Notes under the pieces: model-generated
The model's database searches: none
Told to the model about the DNA's origin: nothing
What the model saw: the letters and a program-made list of their open reading frames with translations, nothing else
NCBI GenBank assembly: GCA_963798955.1
Contig: CAWCVO010000003.1
Coordinates: 387,074 to 451,073 of the forward strand
DNA length: 64,000 nt
Direction: 5' to 3'
Source of the DNA: an uncultured Chloroflexia bacterium
Lineage (GTDB): Bacteria > Chloroflexota > Limnocylindria > Limnocylindrales > CSP1-4
Position numbers and translations under genes: made by a program
In this document: piece after piece, positions 39,750-48,142 of the stretch
How positions within the stretch are numbered: position 1 is the stretch's first letter
Layout: each line of letters starts with the position of its first letter

Positions 39750-40248
39750 TCGCCGGCCGGCCCTCGTGGTCGGGCTTGGTAATCCGATTCTCGGCGATGA
39801 CGCCGTGGGCTGGCGCGTGGCCGACGAACTGGAGCGCCGCCTGGAGGTCGACACCCGCGCCAGGCAAGCGGTTGGACCGATCGAGATCGACCAGCTGGCG
39901 GTCGGCGGGCTGCGCCTGATGGAGCGCCTGGTGGGCTACGAGCGGGTGGTGCTCGCCGACGCCAGCCTCGATGGCCAGCCACCCGGGACGGTGCACGTCG
40001 AACCACTGGCGGCCGTCGACACACCACTCAGCGGCCACCTGGACTCTGCCCATGACGCGACCCTGAGGGCTGCCCTCGATGCCGGGCGTGGCCTGGGCGC
40101 CAGGCTGCCGGCGGACCTGACCGTCGTCGGCATCAGCGTCGCGGTCGCCGACGAGTTCGCCGAGACGATGTCGCCGGCGGTCGCCGCGGCGGTAGAGGCC
40201 GCAGTCGATCGGATCATCGGACTGCTGTCGAGTCGGGAGGCGAGCTGA
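39715..40248 (+). CDS. hydrogenase maturation endopeptidase (HycI/HoxW/FrhD family)
   Basis: VVGLGNPILGDDAVGWRVA, LADA..DG..PGTV and the HLDSAHD metal-ligand context. The start is uncertain (GTG 39715 or GTG 39727) and overlaps the mvhA end. Confidence 0.8.
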   Translation: MTPLVSSAATADRRPALVVGLGNPILGDDAVGWRVADELERRLEVDTRARQAVGPIEIDQLAVGGLRLMERLVGYERVVLADASLDGQPPGTVHVEPLAAVDTPLSGHLDSAHDATLRAALDAGRGLGARLPADLTVVGISVAVADEFAETMSPAVAAAVEAAVDRIIGLLSSREAS

Positions 40249-40508
40249 TGCACGAGGCCGGCATGACGCGCAGGCTCGTCGAGGTCGTCGTCGAGCGCGC
40301 CGAAGCGGCGGGCGCCAAGCGCGTTCGCGCGGTGCACCTGGAGATCGGCGAGGAGTCGGACGTCTCGCCGGTGTCGGTCGACTTCTACTGGCCGGACGCG
40401 GCGCGCGGCACGCCCGCCGACGGTGCACGGCTGTACTTCATGCCGGTGTCCGATGATCCGTGGGCGTGCCGCGTGGTGGCCATCGACGTGGACGACGGGT
40501 TGCCCTGA
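40248..40508 (+). CDS. hypA: HypA-like nickel-insertion protein lacking the zinc-ribbon domain
   Basis: 86 aa. MHE N-terminal Ni-binding motif, then RLVEVVVERAEAAGAKRVRAVHLEIGEESDVSP as in HypA. Only one Cys and no CxxC..CxxC. GGGAGG lies 7 nt upstream, and the start overlaps the protease stop (TGATG). Confidence 0.55.
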   Translation: MHEAGMTRRLVEVVVERAEAAGAKRVRAVHLEIGEESDVSPVSVDFYWPDAARGTPADGARLYFMPVSDDPWACRVVAIDVDDGLP

Positions 40509-40574
40509 GCCGCCTGGTGCGGCACCCTTGCGGGGCACGGGGCCACGCGGGTCCCGGCTGCGGAGGGAGAGGTT

Positions 40575-40982
40575 GTGACACGTACGTTTCGCGCTGTCTA
40601 TCTGGTACTCGCCTGGGCGTTCCTGGCCGGCATCACGGCGCAGGTATTCCTGATCGGGCTGGACCTGTTTGCCGATCCGGGCATGCTCGCGGTGCATGAG
40701 CAATTCGGTTGGGTGCTGCACCTGTCGCCGCTGCTGGTGCTGCTGTTCGCGGTGCTTTCACGAGCCGGCCGGGGCAGCTGGCTGCTGAGCCTGGCCCTCG
40801 CGGTGACGGTGTTCATCGTGCCCATCCTGGCCACGCTCAAGACGACCAGCCCGAACATTGCCGCGCTACATCCGGTCGGCGCCACGATCGCGTTTGCGCT
40901 GTCGGTCGCGGTGGCCGTCAATGCGTGGCACGTCTACCGGATGCCGTGGGCCACAACGCCGGAGCCCGTCGCCGGCGCCTGA
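40575..40982 (+). CDS. hypothetical 4-TM membrane protein
   Basis: The GTG at 40575 is preceded by GGAGGGAGAGG. 135 aa with four hydrophobic helices. No recognised motif. Confidence 0.6.
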   Translation: MTRTFRAVYLVLAWAFLAGITAQVFLIGLDLFADPGMLAVHEQFGWVLHLSPLLVLLFAVLSRAGRGSWLLSLALAVTVFIVPILATLKTTSPNIAALHPVGATIAFALSVAVAVNAWHVYRMPWATTPEPVAGA

Positions 40983-41079
40983 TCGAGGTTCCCGGATGAT
41001 CGGCTGTTCCGGCTGATGGGCTGCTCCGACTAATCGAAGCTTCCGGCTGATGGGGGTTTCCGCCTGATCGAAGCTCGCC
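40978..41079. repeat. six tandem degenerate 17-nt repeats (consensus sCTGATsGnnGnTTCCG)
   Basis: Units at 40978, 40995, 41012, 41029, 41046 and 41063, each exactly 17 nt: CCTGATCGAGGTTCCCG / GATGATCGGCTGTTCCG / GCTGATGGGCTGCTCCG / ACTAATCGAAGCTTCCG / GCTGATGGGGGTTTCCG / CCTGATCGAAGCTCGCC. A partial seventh unit (CCTGATG) is at 41112. They lie between convergent genes. Confidence 0.85.
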
Positions 41080-41338
41080 AGTCGCCGGCCGGTCTGGCGC
41101 CGCTCGGACCGCCTGATGCGCGTGGCGCATCGATCTGGGGCAAACCGTGCGGGAAAGTGCTTCGAAAACGGCGATTGGCGTCCGTTTCGCTCAGGGAATG
41201 GCGTGATGTTGATCCTGTGTGCGCATCAGCTGCGCCGCCGGGAGAGCCGGGAGCGTGCGGGCGTGCTCGGGCTGCTCGGGCTGCTCGTGCGTGCGCGGGC
41301 GTGCGCGGCCGTGGGCAAAGGCGGGAATCGGTCGGCGG

Positions 41339-42766
41339 CTACTGGTTCTGCTCGGCGCCGCGTGCGAAGGCGGTCACGACGCCGCAGGCCGCCAGCCCGG
41401 CGCACATCAGGAGCGCGGCATGCAGGCCATCGAGGAATGTCTGCTGCAGCTGGGCGACCTGGTCGGGACCCGCCGCTCCGGCAGCGAGCGCGGCACCGGC
41501 AGCGGCCGCGCCCAGGCTGGTGAAGACCGCGCCGGCGACGGCCACGCTCAGGCTCTGGCCGACCACTCGCGACGTGGCCAGGATGCCCGACGCGACGCCG
41601 ACTCGCTCCGCCGGCGCGGCGCCCATGATGGTGCGCGAATTGGGCGAGGCGAAGAGCCCCTGCCCTACCCCGGCGATGACCAGCGCACCGATCACGTAGA
41701 TGTACGGCGTCGCGACCCCGACCAACGAGAGCAGCAACAGTCCCACGCACGCCAGCGCCAGGCCAATGGGCGACAGCCAGCGTGATCCGGTGCGGTCGGC
41801 CAGCGCGCCCGCGAACGGCGCGACGGCACCCAGCGTGATCGAGTACGGGGTCAGCAGCAGGCCCGTGGTCAGGACATCGAGACCGCGCAGCTCTTCCCAG
41901 TAGAACGGCATCAGGAAGCCCACCGCGAAGAGCGCCAGCATGGCCAGCATGAAGCTGAAGTTGGCCAGCACGAAGACGCGATTGCGCAACAGGGAGAGAT
42001 CGAGGACAGGCGCATCCTGGCGGCGCTCGACGAAGATCGCCGCGACAAGTGCGACAGCGGCAGTGACCAGCGTGCCGATCAACAGCGGCGACGTCCAGCC
42101 CCACTGCTCGCCAAAGGACAGGCCCAGGGTGAGCGCGCCGAGCGTCACGGCCAGCAGGACCGCACCGAACACATCGAAGTGCTGGCGCCCACCGCGGTGC
42201 TGCTCGCGCAACAGCCACCACGACAGCGGGACCACGATCAGCCCGATGGGCAGGTTGACGTAGAAGATCGCCCGCCAGCTGAAGGCCTCGGTCAGGATGC
42301 CGCCCACGGTCGGCCCGGCGCTGATCCCGAGGGCAACCAGGATCAGGTTGATGCCCAGCGCACGACCGCGTTCGCGGGGGCCAAAGGCAGCGGTGACCAT
42401 GGCCACGTTGGTGGCGAAGATCGCCGCCCCGCCGAGGCCCTGGAAGAGGCGTGCGGCAACCAGGATGGGTAGCGACGGCGCCGCGCCACAGATCACCGAG
42501 CCGGTCGTGAACACGATCAGGCCGCCCAGGAAGACGGGGCGCCGGCCGACCATGTCGGCCAGGCGGCCGAAGGTCAGCAGGGTCGCGGCGATGACCACCA
42601 GGTAGCCGATGACGATCCACTCGATCTCGCCGGCGAGGGGCGTGTTGAAGTCGTGCGCGATCGACGGCAGGCCGATGTTGACGATCGACGAGTCGAGCGT
42701 GGTCATGAACGCTGCGCTGCCCGACAGGCCAAGCACCGCCCATTTGTTGGTCGACTCACGGGGCAT
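41339..42766 (-). CDS. MFS transporter, EmrB/QacA (DHA2, 14-TMS) drug-efflux type
   Basis: 475 aa from the ATG at 42764-42766. LDSSIVNIGLPSI, GRLADMVGRRPVF (motif A) and LFQGLGGAA. About 14 hydrophobic segments. The longer track ORF runs into the divergent tetR. Confidence 0.9.
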   Translation of the reverse strand: MPRESTNKWAVLGLSGSAAFMTTLDSSIVNIGLPSIAHDFNTPLAGEIEWIVIGYLVVIAATLLTFGRLADMVGRRPVFLGGLIVFTTGSVICGAAPSLPILVAARLFQGLGGAAIFATNVAMVTAAFGPRERGRALGINLILVALGISAGPTVGGILTEAFSWRAIFYVNLPIGLIVVPLSWWLLREQHRGGRQHFDVFGAVLLAVTLGALTLGLSFGEQWGWTSPLLIGTLVTAAVALVAAIFVERRQDAPVLDLSLLRNRVFVLANFSFMLAMLALFAVGFLMPFYWEELRGLDVLTTGLLLTPYSITLGAVAPFAGALADRTGSRWLSPIGLALACVGLLLLSLVGVATPYIYVIGALVIAGVGQGLFASPNSRTIMGAAPAERVGVASGILATSRVVGQSLSVAVAGAVFTSLGAAAAGAALAAGAAGPDQVAQLQQTFLDGLHAALLMCAGLAACGVVTAFARGAEQNQ

Positions 42767-42845
42767 GCGCGGAGTACACCACGATCGCCGGGCGCCGTAC
42801 GCGCCGGATGCTTGCCGGGTGGCCCGCAGTGATATAGTTGGGCGG

Positions 42846-43457
42846 ATGCCTAAGTCAACTGCCCAAAAAGATGCGCCGCCCGACACGCGCGAGAAGATCC
42901 TGAGAGCAGCAACCCAGCTGCTGGTCGAGACCGGCTGGCAGACCGTCACCACCCGTCGCGTCGCGACTCGCGCGGGTGTCAACCAGGCGCTCGTGCACTA
43001 CCACTTCGGATCCGTGGACGAGCTGCTCCGCCAGGCGATGGTCGGCGCCATGGAGCGCGAGGTGGCCGGGCTGTCGGAGCAACTGCTCGCCAGCAGCAGC
43101 CCGGGCGAGGGCATCCGCCAGATTTCGGATTGGCTGCGCGCCTTCACGCCGAACTCGCCGATGGCCGTCCTGTCGGCGGAGATCCTCGCCCGGGCGACGC
43201 GCGACGCGGCCATCCGAGACTGGATGGCCGGCTGGCTGGTCCAGATTCGCGGCGAGATGGCCGGCACGATCGAAGGCTGGCAGGCATCCGGACTGCTGCG
43301 CCGCGACCTGCCCGCCCAGGACATCGCGGTGCTGGTCGCGGCACTCATCGACGGGTTGCTCTTCCACGGACTGATCGACCCACGACTCGATATCGCCGAG
43401 GTGGCACGGACGCTCGACGTCGTGCTCGCCGCGGCCCAGGCAAAGGAGAGGAATTGA
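42846..43457 (+). CDS. TetR/AcrR-family transcriptional regulator
   Basis: 203 aa. N-terminal HTH REKILRAATQLLVETGWQTVTTRRVATRAGVNQALVHYHFGS. Divergent from the MFS gene (79-nt spacer). Confidence 0.9.
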   Translation: MPKSTAQKDAPPDTREKILRAATQLLVETGWQTVTTRRVATRAGVNQALVHYHFGSVDELLRQAMVGAMEREVAGLSEQLLASSSPGEGIRQISDWLRAFTPNSPMAVLSAEILARATRDAAIRDWMAGWLVQIRGEMAGTIEGWQASGLLRRDLPAQDIAVLVAALIDGLLFHGLIDPRLDIAEVARTLDVVLAAAQAKERN

Positions 43458-44260
43458 TGGCCGGTCTCATGTCAAACCTGCGCGAGCACCTGGACCGGCG
43501 CCGGCCGGCCGCGCCGACCGCGCCACAGGAACCACGCTCGGCGCCGGCCACGCAGCCGCCGGTGGTCGTCCTCGAGGATGTCCACAAGCGCTACGGCGAG
43601 GGCATCGCCGCGGTCGACGCATTGCGCGGCGTCAGCCTCGAAATCCCACGCGGCGTCTTCGCCGTACTGCTCGGGCCGAGCGGCTCGGGCAAGACGACGC
43701 TGCTCAACCTGGTGGGCGGCATCGAGCAGCCCACGAGCGGCAGGCTGGTGGTCGACGGTGAGCAACTGGGCGACCTCTCGCCGGGCGAGCTCACCCGCTT
43801 CCGGCGCGAGCACGTCGGCTTCGTCTTCCAGTTCTTCAACCTGGTACCCACCCTGACCGCGCTCGAAAACGTCCAGCTGGTGGCCGAGCTGGTCGGCGGC
43901 GGCGAACAGGAATCACGCGATGCGCTCGCGAGTGTCGGCCTGGCCGACCGCGCCACGCACTTCCCCGGTGCCCTGTCGGGCGGCGAACAGCAGCGCGTCG
44001 CCATTGCGCGGGCGATCGTCAAGTCGCCGCCACTGCTGCTGTGCGACGAACCCACCGGCTCGCTCGACCTGGCGACCGGCCGCCAGGTGCTCGCGGTCCT
44101 GCGTGACCTCAACGAGAAGAAGGGCATCACCGTGTTGCTGGTGACCCACAACCAGGCGATCGCGACCATGGCCGACCTGATCGTGCACGTCGGCTCGGGC
44201 CAGATCGCCGGCACCGAGCGCAACCCTCAGCCGCGTGCTGCGTCGGAGGTCGTCTGGTGA
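43457..44260 (+). CDS. ABC transporter ATP-binding protein (MacB/LolD-type)
   Basis: 267 aa. Walker A GPSGSGKTT, Q-loop, signature LSGGEQQRVAIARA, Walker B LLLCDEPTGSLD. AAGGAGAGG upstream; the ATG overlaps the tetR stop. Confidence 0.9.
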   Translation: MAGLMSNLREHLDRRRPAAPTAPQEPRSAPATQPPVVVLEDVHKRYGEGIAAVDALRGVSLEIPRGVFAVLLGPSGSGKTTLLNLVGGIEQPTSGRLVVDGEQLGDLSPGELTRFRREHVGFVFQFFNLVPTLTALENVQLVAELVGGGEQESRDALASVGLADRATHFPGALSGGEQQRVAIARAIVKSPPLLLCDEPTGSLDLATGRQVLAVLRDLNEKKGITVLLVTHNQAIATMADLIVHVGSGQIAGTERNPQPRAASEVVW

Positions 44261-46611
44261 GTCCGTTGTGGCGCAAGCTCTTCCGCGAGATCGGCCGGCG
44301 CAAGGGGCAATTCGCGGCGATCGTCCTGACCGCCCTGCTCGGCACGGCGCTGTTCGGCGCCTCGTTCGACGCGTGGCGCAACCTGCAGGCTTCGTACGAC
44401 CAGGTCTTCGTCGAGCTGGGCATGGCCGATTTCACCATCTCCGGCGTGCCCGCCGCCCAGGCGCCGGCGCTGGCCGCCATCGACGGCGTGGCCACCGTCG
44501 ACCAGCGCGACGTTGCCGAATCGGCCCTGCGCGCCGGCGATCGGACGATCAGCGCGCGCTTGATCGGCTATCCGACGAATCCACCACCGAGCCTCGATCG
44601 CATCACCCTCGACAGCGGCAGCCTGCCGTCCGCCGACGACCAGGTCGTCCTCGAGAAGCACCTCGCCGACGCGCTGTCGCTGGCGCCCGGCGCAACCATC
44701 GAGGTGGCTCTCGCCAACGGCTGGCAGCAGGTCACCGTGTCGGGCGTGGGCGTGTCGCCCGAGTACCTGTGGCCCGCGCGCAGCCGCCAGGAGGTCCTCG
44801 TACCCCCCGACGAGTGGGGCGTCGTCTTTGCACCGCCGGCGCTCGTCAGCGCCGCTCCCCCGCCGACCACCACGCACCAGTTGCTGGTCACCTACGCACC
44901 GGGCGCCGACCGTGAAGCCGTCGACGCGCACGTCAGCGCGTGGGCGACGCAGGCCGGTGCAACCGACGCCTATACGCGCGCCGAGCAGCCCTCGAACGCG
45001 GCCCTGCACGAGGACATCAGCGGCTTCGGCGAGATGTCGCTGATGTTCCCACTGCTCTTCCTGGGCGCCGCGGGCATGGCCGTCTACGTGCTGCTCGGCC
45101 GGCTGGTCCGCGCGCAACGCGCCGAGATCGGCACGCTCCTCGCACTGGGGCTCACGCGCGGCCGGGTCATCCGCCACTACCTCGCGTTCGGTTCGATCGC
45201 GGTGCTGGCCGGCGCCATTCCCGGAGCGCTGCTCGGCGTCGCCCTGGGCAGTATCGTGACCGGGCTGTACACCGGCGAGCTGGGCATTCCCACGCGGGTC
45301 ATCAACTTCTATCCCGAGACGCCCATCATCGGCCTCGTCTTCGCGCTCGTGGTCGGCCTGCTGGCCGCGCTCGTGCCGGCGCTGCGCGCGTCACGCATGA
45401 CACCGGCCGAGGCGATGCGCGGCACGACCGTGTCGACCGGCAGCGAGAGCCTCGCCGAGCGCGTCCTGCCGCCGCTGCGCGGCCTGCCCAGCCGTTGGAA
45501 GCTGGTCATTCGCGGTATCGGGCGCAGCCGGGCGCGCTCGATCGCGACGGTCGTCGGCATCATCCTGGCGGTCACCCTGGTGCTCACCAGCTGGGGCCTG
45601 CTCGATACCGTGCAGGTGCTCGTCAATCGCCAGTTCGGCCAGATCGAGCGGCAGGCGTTCGAGGCCGTGACCTTCGCGCCGGTTACCGCCGCCCAGGTGG
45701 ACGAAGCCGGCGCGGTGACGGGTGTGGCCGCTGCCGAACCGGTGGCCCGCATCCCGGTCGGCCTCGCCAGCGGCCAGGCCAACTACGGCACGACGCTGGT
45801 CGGCTTCGCGCAGGACACGACCATGCACACCTTCCTGGCACCCGACGGCAACGCCGAGTCGCTGCCGGGCGACGGCCTGCTCGTCGGCGATGCGTTGCGC
45901 AGCAAGCTATCGCTGGAGCCGGGACAGAGCGTCACCCTGACGACCGAGGACGGCGGGTCGGCCACCGTGCGCATCGCCGGCTTCGTGCATGAGCCACTCG
46001 GCACGTACGCCTATGCGTCGCTCGACTACCTGCGCGCCACGCTCGGCAGCCAGGCGGTCGACGGCTACGTGCGGTCCATCTTCGTGCGCACTGACGAGGG
46101 CGCCTCAGCGACCGCCGTCCAGTCAAGCCTCGAAAGCATCACCGGCGTGGCGACCGTGGTCGGCAGCGACACGATCAAACAGCTGCTCGACAAGTTCATG
46201 GGCCTCTTCTACGTTTTCGTGGGCGTCATGTTCGTGCTCGGCGCATTGCTCGCCTTCGCGCTGATCTACGCGACCATCTCGGCCAACGTGTCCGAGCGCA
46301 CCAGCGAGCTGGCCAACCTGCGCGCGTCGGGCATGTCGGCGGGCGAGATCGGGCGCATGATCACCGCCGAAAACCTGCTGCTGACCGCGATCGGTGTGGT
46401 GCCCGGCCTGATCGTCGGCTACCTTGGCGCTGACCTGTTCATGTCCGCATTCTCGAGCGACCTGTTCGCCTTCGATCTGCAGGTCCGACCGCTCAGCTTT
46501 GTCGCCGCGGCACTGGCCGCCTTCGTCGCCGTGGGCCTGAGCCTGCTGCCGGCACTGCGCGCGGTCAGCAGGGTCGATCTTGGCAAGGTGGTGCGCGAAC
46601 GCGCAACCTAG
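44257..46611 (+). CDS. ABC transporter permease with two FtsX/MacB-type domains
   Basis: 784 aa with N- and C-terminal 4-TM FtsX-like modules, each preceded by a large extracytoplasmic loop. GTGA overlap with the ATPase gene. Confidence 0.9.
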   Translation: MSPLWRKLFREIGRRKGQFAAIVLTALLGTALFGASFDAWRNLQASYDQVFVELGMADFTISGVPAAQAPALAAIDGVATVDQRDVAESALRAGDRTISARLIGYPTNPPPSLDRITLDSGSLPSADDQVVLEKHLADALSLAPGATIEVALANGWQQVTVSGVGVSPEYLWPARSRQEVLVPPDEWGVVFAPPALVSAAPPPTTTHQLLVTYAPGADREAVDAHVSAWATQAGATDAYTRAEQPSNAALHEDISGFGEMSLMFPLLFLGAAGMAVYVLLGRLVRAQRAEIGTLLALGLTRGRVIRHYLAFGSIAVLAGAIPGALLGVALGSIVTGLYTGELGIPTRVINFYPETPIIGLVFALVVGLLAALVPALRASRMTPAEAMRGTTVSTGSESLAERVLPPLRGLPSRWKLVIRGIGRSRARSIATVVGIILAVTLVLTSWGLLDTVQVLVNRQFGQIERQAFEAVTFAPVTAAQVDEAGAVTGVAAAEPVARIPVGLASGQANYGTTLVGFAQDTTMHTFLAPDGNAESLPGDGLLVGDALRSKLSLEPGQSVTLTTEDGGSATVRIAGFVHEPLGTYAYASLDYLRATLGSQAVDGYVRSIFVRTDEGASATAVQSSLESITGVATVVGSDTIKQLLDKFMGLFYVFVGVMFVLGALLAFALIYATISANVSERTSELANLRASGMSAGEIGRMITAENLLLTAIGVVPGLIVGYLGADLFMSAFSSDLFAFDLQVRPLSFVAAALAAFVAVGLSLLPALRAVSRVDLGKVVRERAT

Positions 46612-46679
46612 ACGACCGATGAACCGCACATCCTCGTTCCGCGCAGTCGCGCTGGTGGTGCTTCGCCTACGCGATCGCG

Positions 46680-47291
46680 ATGGGCTACCTCGAGGCGGCG
46701 GTCGTCGTCTACCTGCGCGACCTGTTGACCGGCCTCGGGCCGGCCCCGGCGGCTTCCGCGGCGTTCAGCCATCTGGCCACGACCGAGATGCTGCGCGAAC
46801 TGGCAACGCTGGTCATGATCGCGACGGTCGGCTGGCTTGCCGGCCGTTCGGGTCTGGAGCGCTTCGCCTGGGCGGCGGTCATCTTCGGGGTGTGGGACAT
46901 CGTCTACTACGCGGGCCTGTACGTGATCACCGGCTGGCCGCCGTCACTCGGTACCTGGGACGTCCTGTTCCTGCTGCCGGCGACGTGGGTCGGGCCCATC
47001 TGGGCACCGGTGGCGGTAAGCGTCGCGCTCGTCCTGGGCGGCCTCCTCGCTGCCGAGCGCCTGCGTGCCGGATATCGCATCGAGGTTCGCCCGCTGCCCC
47101 TCGCGTCGGCGCTCGGCGGGGCCCTCCTCGTCGTCGTCAGTTTCCTGGTCGACGGCCCGCGCGTGATGGCCGGCGATCTTGCGCCGTGGAGCGGTTGGCC
47201 GTTGCTGGTCGGCGGCATTGTGCTCGGCGCGCTGGGCACGCTACCGGTGATCGTCCGGGCGCAGCGCTCGGCTGGCTCGCCCGCGCCCTAG
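46680..47291 (+). CDS. hypothetical polytopic membrane protein
   Basis: 203 aa with about 5 TM helices. The in-frame sequence upstream of the ATG (..WWCFAYAIA) already looks like a TM helix but has no start codon. An out-of-frame ATG at 46619 suggests a possible frameshift or mis-start. Confidence 0.55.
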   Translation: MGYLEAAVVVYLRDLLTGLGPAPAASAAFSHLATTEMLRELATLVMIATVGWLAGRSGLERFAWAAVIFGVWDIVYYAGLYVITGWPPSLGTWDVLFLLPATWVGPIWAPVAVSVALVLGGLLAAERLRAGYRIEVRPLPLASALGGALLVVVSFLVDGPRVMAGDLAPWSGWPLLVGGIVLGALGTLPVIVRAQRSAGSPAP

Positions 47292-48142
47292 CGCGGTTGT
47301 TTCGGCTGGAGCCAGCGCTGGGCGAACGAAGCATGCGCCGCCCATTCGTCGCGGTCGTCGAGCGGCGTGAGCTCGGTTATGCCCTGGTCGCGCAGGGCGC
47401 ACAGCAGGATGTAATCGGCGAGATGCGGGTTGCGCGGCAACAGCGGGCCGTGCAGGTACGTGCCCAGCTGGAAACCGGCGCCGCCCGCGTCACCGGGCAG
47501 GGCCATGATCCCCTCGGCGCCGTCGCGGCCGTTGTTGCCGAAGCCCGACACCACCCGGCCGAGCGGTTGGCGCCCCTCCCCCAGGAACGTCCGCCCGCCA
47601 TGGTTCTCGAAGCCGACCACCATCTGTTCCTGGCCCGCGAAGCCGGCCCGTGCGGCGGACTCGCGACCCGCCGCGACGATCGGTGAGTCTGCGCCGAGCG
47701 ATACGACGCAGCCGCCAACCAACCGCTCGCCGCTCTCGGGCGCTTCTGTCCACGCGTCAAAGAAGCCGGCGCCCTTGATCGTGCCGGCGTGGGCGGAGCG
47801 GTACTCGCGGCCGAGGTTCTGGTAGCCGCCGCACACCGCGAGCAGCACGGCACCTTGGGCGACCACCTCCCTGGCGCGCGCCATGATCGCCACCAGGTCG
47901 TCGGTGATTGCCGCCTGGTCGCGGTCGGCGCCGCCGCCGATGAACACGATGCGCGTGTCGGCGGGGATCTCGTCGTCGGCGTGCAGGATGGGCCGCACGT
48001 CGACCGCGATGCCACGCCAGCCCGCGCGGCGCACCAGCGTCGCCACGTTGCCGCGGTCGCCGTACAGGTTCAGCCGATCGGGGAAGAGATGCGCCAGCCG
48101 CACGCACGGCCGGCCTGCCGCGCCGGCTCCAGGCGAGCCCAC
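47288..48142 (-). CDS. gatD: lipid II isoglutaminyl synthase glutaminase subunit GatD (CobQ-type GATase)
   Basis: LNLYGDRGN, catalytic Cys in LLAVCGGYQNLG and His in GTYLHGPLLPRNP. GTG at 48140-48142 overlaps the murT stop by 1 nt; an alternative GTG lies about 39 nt downstream. Confidence 0.8.
   Translation of the reverse strand: MGSPGAGAAGRPCVRLAHLFPDRLNLYGDRGNVATLVRRAGWRGIAVDVRPILHADDEIPADTRIVFIGGGADRDQAAITDDLVAIMARAREVVAQGAVLLAVCGGYQNLGREYRSAHAGTIKGAGFFDAWTEAPESGERLVGGCVVSLGADSPIVAAGRESAARAGFAGQEQMVVGFENHGGRTFLGEGRQPLGRVVSGFGNNGRDGAEGIMALPGDAGGAGFQLGTYLHGPLLPRNPHLADYILLCALRDQGITELTPLDDRDEWAAHASFAQRWLQPKQPR

Noticed and set aside
40978-41079. CRISPR array
   Set aside because: The 17-nt units are contiguous with no spacers. 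They are degenerate and much shorter than CRISPR repeats, and no cas genes are in the window.
41260-41320. GGGCTGCTC/GTGCGCGGGCGTGC low-complexity repeats as a functional element
   Set aside because: These are short, GC-rich and irregular, and lie next to the MFS gene 3' end. That is most simply explained as slippage-type low complexity.
42767-42845. TetR operator palindrome in the MFS/tetR spacer
   Set aside because: Only imperfect GC-rich pseudo-palindromes around CGTACG were seen, and nothing stands out above the GC-rich background.
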